DNA from: Macrostomum lignano
Taxonomy: Eukaryota
Assembly: GCA_002269645.1 (NCBI GenBank)
Contig: NIVC01002583.1
Location: 1 to 64,000, forward strand
Length of the DNA: 64,000 bases
Direction: 5' to 3'
Part shown: one piece after another, positions 1-11,450 of the stretch
How the letters are laid out: every line of letters begins with the position of its first letter
How positions within the stretch are numbered: position 1 is the stretch's first letter
Program-made: the position numbers and the translations under genes
The notes under the pieces: model-generated
Databases searched by the model: none
Seen by the model: only the letters and a program-made list of their open reading frames with translations
Told to the model about the DNA's origin: nothing

Positions 1-510
1 TCACCAGTAGAATACGCTGGAACATACGACCTCTGCAGTTATACAGCAGAGATATTGCCTTCGGCGCACCAGACCAGATGTCTCGCGCGCCTCTCGCGCA
101 GAGACATCCGGGCTGCCACCATGACCTCAGGTCACGGCTGCTTCTCTAGGCACCAGTACCTGCAGGGCAACGCCACCAACGCCATCTGCAGTTTCTGTAA
201 CTCAGGTGACGAAACCGCTGAGCATTTCGTAAGCATCTGTCTCGCCTTTACGCGAGCCAGACTCACTTTCCTCGGGCCACACACATCTATTACTGAAGCG
301 TGCAAACCCGAAAACTTTAACCAGCTCATGCGCTACCTCCGGGCCACCCGCAGGGCTGAACCCTCCTTTCCAGAGAGCACTATAGCTGCTGGCGACACTG
401 GGGGACCTCCCTGGGCGGCGCCAACCCTTCGTCCATAGCGACGCGTCGGCCGTTCAGGGATTAGCGGAATGGGCGTTCACAGCCCTGCAGCTAAGTCAAG
501 TAAGTCAAGT
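1..510 (+). mobile_element. 3' end of a non-LTR retrotransposon (LINE, R1/LOA-like C-terminal zinc-knuckle region and tail)
   Basis: ORF 55-438 contains SGHG..SRHQY...CSFC.SGDETAEHFVSIC, the CCHC motif typical of the LINE ORF2 C-terminus. The element ends in the short tandem tail TAAGTCAAG x2 at 492-509. Confidence 0.8.
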
Positions 511-549
511 GTGCGCTAGCTGGGGACGCAACAAGGGCAAAAGGGCTGG

Positions 550-1890
550 CATGGACTGCAGGGTGTCAGTATGGACTGCAGGGTGTCAGTATGGACTGCA
601 GGGTGTCAGCATGGACTGTAGGGTGTCAGCATGGACTGTAGGGTGTCAGCATGGACTGTAGGGTGTCAGCATGGACTGTAGGATTTGATGTGTCAGTATG
701 GACTGTAGGATGTCATGTGTCAGTATGGATTGTAGGATGTGATGTGTCAGCATGGACTGTAGGATGTGATGTGTCAGTATGGACTGTAGGATGTGATGTG
801 TCAGTATGGACTGTAGGATGTGATGTGTCAGCATGGACTGTAGGATTTGATGTGTCAGCATGGACTGCAGGGGTCAGCATGGACTGCAGGGGTCAGCATG
901 GACTGCAGGGTGTCAGCATGGACTGCAGGGGTCAGCATGGACTGCAGGGTGTCAGCAGGGATTGCATTGTGTCAGCATGGACTGCAGGGTGTCAGCATGG
1001 ACTGCAGGGGTCAGTATGGACTGCAGGGTGTCAGCATGGACTGCAGGGGTCAGCATGGACTGCAGGGGTCAGCATGGACTGCAGGGTGTCAGCATGGACT
1101 GCAGGGGTCAGCATGGACTGCAGGGGTCAGTATGGACTGCAGGGTGTCAGCATGGACTGCAGGGGTCAGCATGGACTGCAGGGGTCAGCATGGACTGCAG
1201 GGTGTCAGCAGGGATTGCATTGTGTCAGCATGGACTGCAGGGTGTCAGCATGGACTGCAGGGGTCAGCATGGACTGCAGGGTGTCAGCATGGACTGCAGG
1301 GGTCAGCATGGACTGCAGGGTGTCAGCAGGATTGCATTGTGTCAGCATGGACTGCAGGGTGTCAGCATGGACTGCAGGGGTCAGCATGGACTGCAGGGTG
1401 TCAGCATGGACTGCAGGGTCAGCATGGACTGCAGGGTGTCAGCAGGGATTGCATTGTGTCAGCATGGACTGCAGGGGTCAGTATGGACTGCAGGGTGTCA
1501 GCATGGACTGCAGGGGTCAGCATGGACTGCAGGGGTCAGCATGGACTGCAGGGTGTCAGCAGGGATTGCATTGTGTCAGCATGGACTGCAGGGTGTCAGC
1601 ATGGACTGCAGGGGTCAGCATGGACTGCAGGGTGTCAGCATGGACTGCAGGGGTCAGCATGGACTGCAGGGTGTCAGCAGGATTGCATTGTGTCAGCATG
1701 GACTGCAGGGTGTCAGCATGGACTGCAGGGTCAGCATGGACTGCAGGGTGTCAGCAGGGATTGCATTGTGTCAGCATGGACTGCAGGGTGTCAGCATGGA
1801 CTGCAGGGGTCAGCATGGACTGCAGGGGTCAGCATGGACTGCAGGGTGTCAGCATGGACTGCAGGGGTCAGCATGGACTGCAGGGTGTCA
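550..1890. repeat. 19-20 bp minisatellite (GCATGGACTGCAGGG[T]GTCA) with variant units
   Basis: Direct reading of the tandem array; it produces the spurious ORFs 651-1910, 847-1920 and 860-1894. Confidence 0.97.
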
Positions 1891-2469
1891 GTAGCGACCT
1901 TCGCTTCTAATTACAATTAGAAAGGGCAGTAAAATGTGACATTAAAATGATTAAAACCAGGTAGATCAGTCCATCGGCTCAAGCAGAAGAGTATGACCGT
2001 TAAAATCTATTTGTTTATAACTATAAATAGCTAACACAAATACAAGTGCGGGTAAAACTAATCGAACAGACGGCACACAATCGGCTAAGTACAAGGTATT
2101 TTTGAAGGTGAAGCAGAGACAAATTGGTAATAAATATTTAATAATGAAATTGAACACAATAAATATGCTACTACGAGTATATAATAATCAATCAATGGCC
2201 GAAGGGAAAATAGAAATTTACTACAGACAGCGCTTGAAAACTGAAAAAAATCTCTTCCGATAAGGATATCTAATACCATATCTAACGGGTGGCTAAACAG
2301 CTAGAAGCAGACAGAGCTGCAGTAATGTGGGCCAAATAAACAGGTAAAATCACACTGCGCACACAATAGTTACAAATTTTACTTGTAGCAGAGCAGTTAA
2401 TAATTAACTAAAAGACAATAAATTTATCTATTTGTCATATATAATCTAGCTAACAATTACTCTATAGTA

Positions 2470-3135
2470 CTCCGATGCCTCAGTGGACACTCCAATGCTT
2501 CAGCGGACATGGACACCCGATGCTTCAGTGGACACCCTGACGCCTCAGTGGACACCCCGATACTTCTGTGGACACCCGACGCTTCAGTGTACATCCCGAT
2601 GCCTTAGTGGACACCCGATGCTTTAGTGGACACCACGATACTTCTGTGGACAACCCGATGCTTCAGTGGACACCCTGATACTTCTGTGGACAACCCGATG
2701 CTTCAGTGGACAACCCGATGCTTCAGTGGACACCCGATGCTTCAGTGGACACCCTGATGCCTTAGTGGACACCCGATGCTTTAGTGGACACCCGATGCTT
2801 TAGTGGACACCCTGATGCCTTAGTGGACACCCGATGCTTTAGTGGACACCCGATGCTTTAGTGGACACCCGATGCTTTAGTGGACACCCGATGCTTTAGT
2901 GGACACCCGATGCTTTAGTGGACACCCCAATACTTCTGTGGACAACCCGATGCTTCAGTTGACACCCCGATACTTCTGTGGACAACCCCCATGCCTCATT
3001 GGGCACCCCGATGCCTCCGTGGACACCCTGATGCTTCAGTGGACACCCTGATGCCTCAGTAGACACCCCATGGTTCAGTGGACAGCCTCGATCCCTAAGT
3101 GGCCAGGAAACCCCGATGTTGCAGTGGACACCCCA
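2470..3135. repeat. ~19-21 bp minisatellite (GTGGACACCCGATGCTTTA)
   Basis: Tandem array that degrades at both ends. Confidence 0.93.
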
Positions 3136-3237
3136 TATCTCTAAAAATGAGGCGCCAAAATCCTTGAGCGGGCATGCCAGAAAGCCCGCAGTGAGTATAA
3201 TCACATACTAAAGCACAATGCAATGCATGGACAGCTC

Positions 3238-4487
3238 TCAGCCAGACTTGAACAGGCTCTGCAAGGTGCTCCAGACCGAGTCAGCCGGCTTGCTGGCATC
3301 GACACGCTTCAACAGGCCGGCCTGGCTGTACCGCTGCAGCACCGGGCCGATGAGGTCGCGGTAGGCGGCCAGCCGCCTCGGCATCACGTCCGGGAAGTCG
3401 TCCGGCCGCTTCGTCAGCGACTCGCCCGTCGCATCGTCGCGTCCGGGCACGCGCGGTGGCTGGAAGCTGTGATGGTACACCCTGCCGGAGCTGGGGTGGT
3501 GCAGCCGGCCGGTGATCCTGTCCGTGGCAACGTCATCCGGAATATCGAATTGGACAACCGCGGACAAGCTGCGCCGCCGCTCGGACAGCATCTGGTCTAA
3601 CTTGGCGGCCTGGCCGGAAGTGCGCGGAAAGCCGTCCAGCAGGATGCCCGGGTCGCACTCTGGCCGGTCCAGCTGCTGCGCCACCAGCTCGCACACCGGA
3701 TCGTCCGCAATGAGCCGGCCCTGGTTGATGCTGGCCTTGAACTTTCGAGGAGGGGGGGGGGATTGCGGTTGGGGCGATTATCTACACTAGGGCGATTCTC
3801 CCTTGACAAGGGCGATTCTTTCTAGACAAGAGGCGATTCTTTCTAGACAAGAGGCGATTCTTTCTAGACAAGAGGCGATTCTTTCTAGACAAGAGGCGAT
3901 TCTTTCTAGACAAGAGGCGATTCTTTCTAGACAAAAGGCGATTCTTTCTAGACACGGGAGATTCTTTCTAGACAAGAGGCGATTCTTTCTAGACAAGAGG
4001 CGATTCTTTCTAGACAAAAGGCGATTCTTTCTAGACACGGGAGATTCTTTCTAGACAAGAGGCGATTCTTTCTAGACAAAAGGCGATTCTTTCTAGACAC
4101 GGGAGATTCTTTCTAGACAAGAGGCGATTCTTTCTACGCAGGACGATTCTTTCTAGATAGGGGCGTTTTTTAAAGAGGGCAATTCTTTGAAGAGAAGGCG
4201 ATTCTTTTTGGAGAGAGCGATTTTTTTTGGAAGAAGGGCGAAAATTTCTGGAGAGGGTGGTTCAGTGCTGTTCCAGTGACCGCATTGGACAGTACGCAGA
4301 CCTGCTCATTTCTGGCAGCCGCGGACCGCAGCATCGAGCCCATGTCCACGTGGCACACGCCGAATTTATCGGCGAAGCGGCGAGCCTGAGTGCCTTTGCC
4401 AGAGCCGGGCGGCCCGATGAAGGCCACGTCTAGAGGGGGCCGAACGGCTGGCGCCTTCGGGTCCTCGATGTCCTCCGCGGCAGGCAT
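3238..4487 (-). CDS. Adenylate kinase (long, LID-containing AK2/AK3-like), 2 exons: 4487-4302 and 3741-3238, ~229 aa
   Basis: Exon 1 has the P-loop FIGPPGSGKGTQA and VCHVDMGSMLR. Phase-0 GT donor at 4301 and AG acceptor ending at 3742 join NEQ|FKASINQGRLIADD. Exon 2 has LLDGFPRT, the LID GRLHHPSSGRVYH and LTKRPDD. Confidence 0.93.
3790..4215. repeat. 21-bp minisatellite (GGCGATTCTTTCTAGACAAGA) filling the adenylate kinase intron
   Basis: Tandem array lying inside intron 3742-4301. Confidence 0.95.
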
Positions 4488-4556
4488 GCACAGAGTTTGA
4501 ATGAGTCATTGTTAAGTGGAGTTCGGCCGACTGGGGATGAGCCTCAAAAGGGCAGT

Positions 4557-4675
4557 TGGAGCAGCCTACAGAAGTGGAGGGCAGCCTACAGAAGTGGAGG
4601 GCAGCCTACAGAAGTGGAGGGCAGACTACAGAAGTGGAGGGCAGCCTACAGAAGTGGAGGGCAGCCTACAGAAGG
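4557..4675. repeat. 20-bp minisatellite (GCAGCCTACAGAAGTGGAGG, ~6 copies)
   Basis: Direct reading. Confidence 0.92.
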
Positions 4676-5149
4676 GAGAGAAGCGGAGAATATGTGTGGA
4701 GCACTGGCTGACTACCTGCACATCACCTGCAAGAAATGTCCCAGACGAGACGTACTCAGAGCTTGCTTCCCTACCATAGTTTTTTTCTCTAAACTTTTGC
4801 ATTAGCAAAGGGCAGCTAGCACGAGTCCCTAAACGACTATTCAGCCGGGTGCCACCGCCTGTAAACAACCGGCTGTAAAGTTGGCGAGGGGATTTCCTAA
4901 ACAATTTTCACACTAAGCCAGTCTGGGCATCGTTCGCTATAAAAGTACACGAAAACCGAACCCGAACTTGTGCCTATGGGCGAAAGCTTATGGGAGAAAT
5001 TATAGACAAAAAGGTCGCTTGGGAATCGCTAGGCCAGCAAAAGGAGACTGGATAGGAATATCAGTTGATGTGCAGCACACAACTCTTAGTGCACTTCGAC
5101 ACCGCGAACATCAGAGGGTGGCTAAGCGGCCCAGCAACTGAGATAACCC

Positions 5150-5630
5150 CTGAGGGCTGCAGCTCTCAGCAACTGGGGATCTGGGAGGGCTGCAGCTCTC
5201 AGCAACTGGGGATCTGGGAGGGCTGCAGCTCTCAGCAACTGGGGATCTGGGAGGGCTGCAGCTATTAGCAACTGGGGATCTGGGAGGGCTGCAGCTTTTA
5301 GCAACTGGGGATCTGGGAGGGCTGCAGCTCTCAGCAACTGGGGATCTGGGAGGGCTGCAGCTCTCAGCAACTGGGGATCTGGGAGGGCTGCAGCTATGAG
5401 CAACTGGGGATCTGGGAGGGCTGCAGCTCTCAGCAACTGGGGATCTGGGAGGGCTGCAGCTCTCAGCAACTGGGGATCTGGGAGGGCTGCAGCTCTCAGC
5501 AACTGGGGATCTGGGAGGGCTGCGGCTATTAGCAACTGGGGATCTGGGAGGGCTGCAGCTATTAGCAACTGGGGATCTGGGAGGGCTGCAGCTATTAGCA
5601 ACTGGGGATCTGGGAGGGCTGCAGCTGTCA
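5150..5630. repeat. 33-bp minisatellite
   Basis: Unit CTGCAGCTCTCAGCAACTGGGGATCTGGGAGGG; 11-aa periodic ORFs in several frames. Confidence 0.95.
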
Positions 5631-6309
5631 GTTGAAGATCTGGGGTGCAACCATATAGCTTTGGGCTAAAACAACTTCTAGCCAGGTGATTTGTGTGGTT
5701 CAGTGATCAGAGTCAGGAAATTGACAAAACACAAAGGCATTGTCAGAGGAAATTAGCTTTTTTCCATTGTTGTACAGAAACAATGATGAACAACTCCGAC
5801 AATAACAACATACATGCTTTAAAATCGCAAGCAAAAATTAACACTTTTTGCAAGCCACTAGGGATTTTCTAGCTCTTTGCAATGCATGAATTATGAAGTG
5901 ACTTTTTTAGAAAAAGCTTTTTCCATTTCCATTTCCAGCTGACTTATTGACGCGGGATTGAAGTCACGGTTTAGAATCTCCGGAACCCCTCGGTCAGACA
6001 GACTGAGCATGGAGCGGTCATGAATAAAATACAGGGCCCAGCAGCAGGACTGAGGCAGCTTCATCACTACATCTATTCAGAGAGTGAAATTTATCAACTG
6101 CGAGCTCTAGTAGAAGTCTAAAAGGAAGTCCACGGATTGCTGCAGATCTGAGGGATTAGGATTATTCAACCTGTGTTGGCCTGTTTTAACAGGGATTGGG
6201 ATGCTTAGTGGTATCAATCAACTGGAGGTCTGAAGAGCTAATGGCTTTATCTCAATCAGCGAGGCTGATATTGAAAAGTCATACATAGACTATCAGTGAG
6301 TTTAGCTCC

Positions 6310-6985
6310 ATCCAGGAAAGCGATTAGATTGGAAACCCCACCTGGAAAAGCAACTGGATTGGAAATCCCACCTGGAAAAGCAACTGGATTGGAAATCTCA
6401 CCTAGAAAAGTAATCAGATTGGAAATCTCACTTGGAAAAGCTATCAGATTGAAATCTCACCGGAAAAAGCTACTGGATATGAAATCTCACTTAGAAAAGC
6501 TATCAGATTGGAAATCTCCCCTGGAAAAGCTATTTAATTGGAAATCTCACCTGGAAAAGCTATCAGATTGAAATCTCACCGGAAAAAGCTACTGGATATG
6601 AAATCTCACCTGGAAAAGCTATCGGATTGGAAATCTCACCTGGAAAAGCTATCGGATGGGAAATCTCACCTGGAAAAGCTATCGTATTAGAAATCTCACC
6701 TGGAAAAGCTATCGGATTGGAAATCTCACCTGAAAAAGCAATCAGATTAGACATCTCACCTGGAAAAGCTATCGGATTAGAAATCTCACCTGGAAAAGCT
6801 ATCGGATTAGAAATCTCACCTGGAAAAGCTATCGGATTGGAAATCTCACCTGAAAAAGCAATCAGATTAGACATCTCACCTGGAAAAGCTATCGGATTAG
6901 AAATCTCACCTGGAAAAGCTATCGGATTAGAAATCTCACCTGGAAAAGCTATCGGATTGGAAATCTCAACTGGAAATCTCACCTT
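6310..6985. repeat. 30-bp minisatellite (GAAATCTCACCTGGAAAAGCTATCGGATTG)
   Basis: Tandem array; 10-aa periodic ORFs on both strands. Confidence 0.95.
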
Positions 6986-7574
6986 CCTAAAAAAGGGATT
7001 CCATTTCAACATCGCACTCCCTAAGAAATAGTTAATAGGAAATGAGCAAGACAAAGGCATCTCCAGGTTAATGACACTGCAGAGAGAATAGTCAAGCGCT
7101 GCTATCTTGCTCTTGAAAGTTGGGTCTAATTAATATAGAATAAAAATCCTAGTTCTTTTAAAACACCTTGGCGCAGGCGGTTCGTACTAAATTTAATAGG
7201 GCGCAGAGTAGTTTATTGAGATAAGCGGAGGAAAAAATCGACAAGTTTAAGACTTGGAGCAGACAGTACACAAGAAGCTGGTATTATTTGAGGACACAGT
7301 TAAACGCGATATAACTACATAAATCTTGCGCACATCTGTTCTGTTTCGAACTGTGGTGAGAAAAATGAAATGATATTGATAATTAATCATTATGTATGTA
7401 TATATACGGCAAGCAGTAGATTAACGATTATAACACATGACATGAGAACAAACTGACCACAACAGCGAGCTGCACCCCAGGGACCGATCTCATGAAGGAC
7501 TGCGAACAGGCTAAGGCTATAGCTGCCAAAAAGTGCTTTATCAGACTGCGGTTTGAAAGTTTCGGTTTCACAGA

Positions 7575-8575
7575 AATCAGTCTACTAAGAGAGTGTACCG
7601 AACCGATGTCTATGGCCAAAGGGAGGGGGGATATCAGTCTACTAAGAGAGTGTACCGAACCGATGTCTTTGGCCAAAGGGAGGGGGGATATCAGTCTACT
7701 AAGAGAGTGTACCGAACCGATGTCTATGGCCAAAGGGAGGGGGATATCAGTCTACTAAGAGAGTGTACCGAACCGATGTCTATGGCCAAAGGGAGGGGGA
7801 TATCAGTCTACTAAGAGAGTGTACCGAACCGATGTCTATGGCCAAAGGGAGGGGGATATCAGTCTACTAAGAGAGTGTACCGAACCGATGTCTATGGCCA
7901 AAGGGGTGGGGGGGATATCAGTCTACTAAGAGAGTGTACCGAACCGATGTCTATGGCCAAAGGGAGGGGGGATATCAGTATACTAAGAGAGTGTACCGAA
8001 CCGATGTCTATGGCCAAAGGGAGGGGGGATATCAGTCTAAGAGAGTGTACCGAACCGATGTCTATGGCTAAAGGGAGGGGGGATATCAGTCTAAGAGAGT
8101 GTACCGAACCGATGTCTATGGCCAAAGGGGTGGGGGGGATATCAGTCTACTAAGAGAGTGTACCGAACCGATGTCTATGGCCAAAGGGAGGGGGATATCA
8201 GTATACTAAGAGAGTGTACCGAACCGATGTCTATGGCCAAAGGGAGGGGGGATATCAGTCTAAGAGAGTGTACCGAACCGATGTCTATGGCTAAAGGGAG
8301 GGGGGATATCAGTCTAAGAGAGTGTACCGAACCGATGTCTATGGCCAAAGGGAGGGGGATATCAGTCTAAGAGAGTGTACCGAACCGATGTCTATGGCCA
8401 AAGGGAGGGGGATATCAGTCTAAGAGAGTGTACCGAACCGATGTCTATGGCTAAAGGGAGGGGGATATCAGTCTAAGAGAGTGTACCGAACCGATGTCTA
8501 TGGCCAAAGGGAGGGGGGATATCAGTCTACTAAGAGAGTGTACCGAACCGATGTCTATGGCCAAAGGGGTGGGGG
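7575..8575. repeat. ~54-58 bp minisatellite
   Basis: Unit ATCAGTCTACTAAGAGAGTGTACCGAACCGATGTCTATGGCCAAAGGGAGGGGGAT with small indels; no unique spacers. Confidence 0.95.
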
Positions 8576-8926
8576 TTTGCAGGCTGCTCTTTCTTGGTTT
8601 TATGAACGGTTCGTAGCTGCTGCTAAGTTAGGACAGTCCATCATGAAATCGGTGCATTAGGGTCACAGCTCACAGATTAACAGTGGGTGGGCAGCATCTG
8701 TTAAAAAAAAATCGACGGCCAATGCTTTGAGTTTTACCGAGGCAGCCCAAGAGTGGCATTTGTGCATAGCAACAATAGCGCCGCATTGTTCTCTTTGTTT
8801 ATATGGCAAGAATTTTTTGTTAAAGTTTTGCAGTTTTGGCGATATTCAAATACAAATTTTTTACAAATAATGGATCAATGACGAAGCTTAAAATGATTGG
8901 ACTTAAAGGAAACAAATGTTAGAGAA

Positions 8927-9259
8927 CATGGGTTGGAAAACTCCGGCCCGCGGTCCACATACGGGCTACTGTCTTTCTCCCTTTTCTTCTCTCCTCTCCT
9001 CTCTCTTATCTTCTCGCTTCTTCATTCCATCTCCTCTCTCCTTTCTTCTCTTCTCGATCATTTTCTCTCTCCTCTCGTCTTCTCTCCCCATCTCCTCTCC
9101 TCTATCCTCATCTCCTCTCTCGTCTCTTCTCTCGCCTCTCCTCTCTCTTATCTTCCTTCTCTCTTCTTCATTCCCTCTCCTCTCTCCCCTCCTCCGGCCC
9201 GCAGCCATACTCTACGTTCTCTATCAGACCCTCAAGGTAAAAAGTTTGCCCGACCCCCG
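8927..9259. mobile_element. Old hAT/Charlie-like MITE with an internal CT-rich microsatellite (~8965-9195)
   Basis: Left end CATGGGTTGGAAAACTCCGGCCCGCGG, right end AAAAGTTTGCCCGACCCCCG, with an internal repeat of CCGGCCCGC. No intact TSD. Confidence 0.5.
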
Positions 9260-9770
9260 GTGCCATAGAAACAGATGGTCCGACCAATGAACAAAAATAA
9301 ACAAAATGATGCCAAGCACAACACACCTTTAGTAGATACTATAAGTTAGCCGTCTAACTTTACACGTAGACTGCTCAAAAAACACGATATCTAAAAAAGT
9401 GAATTAACAAATGAATTAATAAAAGGGACAGTCAATTCAGACAGCATTGAGGACAAAACAAAAAAATTAATAACAGGCCCGAGATACTATAGATGCCACC
9501 TAGAGATGAAAACAACCAAGCTTAACAATATTAATTAAAATAATAATAATAATTACACTCGATGCAAAAAGCCAAAACTGCCTATTGATGACAACACATT
9601 AGCCGCATTTGCATGTCAACAGCAGCTCCACATGTAGTGCGTATCCGCTGGGGTGCGGGCAGAGCAAACGATAAATGGGATAAACTATCGACATCAATAA
9701 TAGTAATAATAGTAAGCCTGACAGGGGCTCAGCTGGTCATGGCCAGGCAGCAGCCAGCAGCCTTCGGTTG

Positions 9771-11450
9771 CTAGCCGGAAGTGCCGTTCTCAGCAGCAGA
9801 CTGCCGATCTCGGGCTCGCAGCTCGCGCAGAGCCATGCAGTTGTTGTCCTCGCTAGTCTGCAGCGGGCAGTACAGGATGAACTTGTCCAGAGTGGAATCG
9901 AAAGTCTCCGACCATTTGAACAGGCGGCAGGTGAGCTGCAGCTTCTCCTCGTAGTCGAAGGGGAAGTGGTAGAACAGAGTGTCCGTCATGTGCTGGTGGT
10001 AGCGCAGGCTCAGCCGCTTGCAGGCGTCCACCAGGCGGGGATCCGTGATGCCGGAGTCCGGCGGCAGGTGCAGCAGTTTGGTGGCGCAGAACAGCGCCAG
10101 CAGGTCGTGCCGCATCTCCGTGGCCTCGCCAAGGTAGCGAGCGTAGGTGCGGAACTCGCTAAGAGGAGAATAGTCGATCAGGCGATTGCCAGACTGGCGG
10201 ACGAGGTCGCTGAACATCTCGATGGGCTGGCAGCAGACCCGCTGGCCGTTGATGGTGAAATAGTAGCGATCGTCGGCCTGGTTTAGGCCGGCGCAGGACA
10301 GCGGGAAAATAACCGAGTGAATTCTGGACTTGATAAGCTGCAGAAAGTGCTGCCGCTCCAACAGGTTGATCTGGCGCATCTTGCGAACAAAGAGCACCGC
10401 CTGGCGAACAAAGACCTCCAACAGAATGATGTTGGTGGACACGCAGCTGGAGAGCTGCTGCGGATCAAGTTGCACACTGGGCGGGGTGGCAATGTTGCAC
10501 AGCATGGTCTCGGCCACCAGCTGCTGCAGTTCGTCAATAAAATCAACCAAAAGTACATTGGCGTACTTCTTGTCAGAGGCGTCGATGGCTTCGTTGTATT
10601 CCAGGTCGGTGATGGGCGACGGTTCCGACGGCACGGGATTGTGCAGGTGGTACCACAGCGCCTGCCAGCATCTGGCGTTGTTTGGCGGCGACTGGGCTAG
10701 GCAGCTGGACGAAGTCGATGGGGTCGGCACCGACAATAACTGCTGCTGCTGCGGCGGCGGCACAGGCGGTGGGGTCAGCGGCGGCATAGCAGGCTGGTAC
10801 TGATAATACTCGTTGGAGGTCGATTGCCGCATCTGCACCGACGGCATCGCAGACTCAGAGACGCTGGGAACTCCATCGCCAACCGTGAGCACTTCACCTT
10901 TCTGGATAAGGTCGGCCTGCATGCCGACGCGGAAGCACTTGGCCAGCCGGCAGCCCGGGCACTTCTTCCGCGTCGCCAGGGTGACTTCGCAGCGGGCGTG
11001 CTGGAAGCTGCAGCTGAACCCGGCATCGCCCAGAGTCTTCTTGTGCGCGTTGCGCCGGAAAAACGCCTTGCAGGACTCGCAGCTGATGACGCCGAAGTTA
11101 TAATTCTCAGCCTTGGCCCCGCACACCAGGCAGAACCTATGCAGCAAATCAGCCGGAGTTTTGGGGTGCCGGCACTTCTTGCGGTGCACAACGCCGGATT
11201 TGGTGAAGCTGCGCTTGACCTGCGGCGCGGCGCCTGGCGGAGACATCAGGCCGCCAGGTGTGTTGCTATGCGGAAGCTGCTGCTGCAGCATGAAGCTGTG
11301 CTGCGGCAGAGACAGCGGCGAGGGCGGCTCGTATTTCTGCTCCTGCATTGAAGATCCGTCAGTAAAATAGTTCAACCGATGCTGCTGGTTTGCTTCACCG
11401 TCCAGCTGGGAATGTAAATAGTTGTTGTAAGACTTTTGAGCCACTGGCAT
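9771..11450 (-). CDS. HR96: Nuclear hormone receptor, NR1J/HR96-DAF-12-like; single coding exon (~559 aa from the first ATG)
   Basis: DBD CLVCGAKAENYNFGVISCESCKAFFRRNA...C.F...C......RKKCPGCRLAKCFRVGM, with the ESCKA P-box and NF signature of NR1J. A Q/P-rich hinge is followed by a helical LBD-like region. The track start at 11474 is TTG; the first ATG is at 11450. Confidence 0.88.
   Translation of the reverse strand: MPVAQKSYNNYLHSQLDGEANQQHRLNYFTDGSSMQEQKYEPPSPLSLPQHSFMLQQQLPHSNTPGGLMSPPGAAPQVKRSFTKSGVVHRKKCRHPKTPADLLHRFCLVCGAKAENYNFGVISCESCKAFFRRNAHKKTLGDAGFSCSFQHARCEVTLATRKKCPGCRLAKCFRVGMQADLIQKGEVLTVGDGVPSVSESAMPSVQMRQSTSNEYYQYQPAMPPLTPPPVPPPQQQQLLSVPTPSTSSSCLAQSPPNNARCWQALWYHLHNPVPSEPSPITDLEYNEAIDASDKKYANVLLVDFIDELQQLVAETMLCNIATPPSVQLDPQQLSSCVSTNIILLEVFVRQAVLFVRKMRQINLLERQHFLQLIKSRIHSVIFPLSCAGLNQADDRYYFTINGQRVCCQPIEMFSDLVRQSGNRLIDYSPLSEFRTYARYLGEATEMRHDLLALFCATKLLHLPPDSGITDPRLVDACKRLSLRYHQHMTDTLFYHFPFDYEEKLQLTCRLFKWSETFDSTLDKFILYCPLQTSEDNNCMALRELRARDRQSAAENGTSG

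Noticed and set aside
651-1920. Long ORFs of 344-419 aa in three frames
   Set aside because: They are translations of a 19-20 bp tandem repeat, with no start context, splice signals or domain.
5111-5650. SPPRSP-rich ORF resembling an SR/phospho-protein; likewise the EISPGKAIGL ORFs at 6563-7060
   Set aside because: Pure minisatellite translations that are open on both strands because of unit composition.
7575-8575. Possible CRISPR array
   Set aside because: Units are contiguous with no unique spacers, the context is eukaryotic and there are no cas genes.
9768-11370. Several plus-strand ORFs overlapping the nuclear receptor
   Set aside because: Antisense shadows of a GC-rich CDS, with no motifs.
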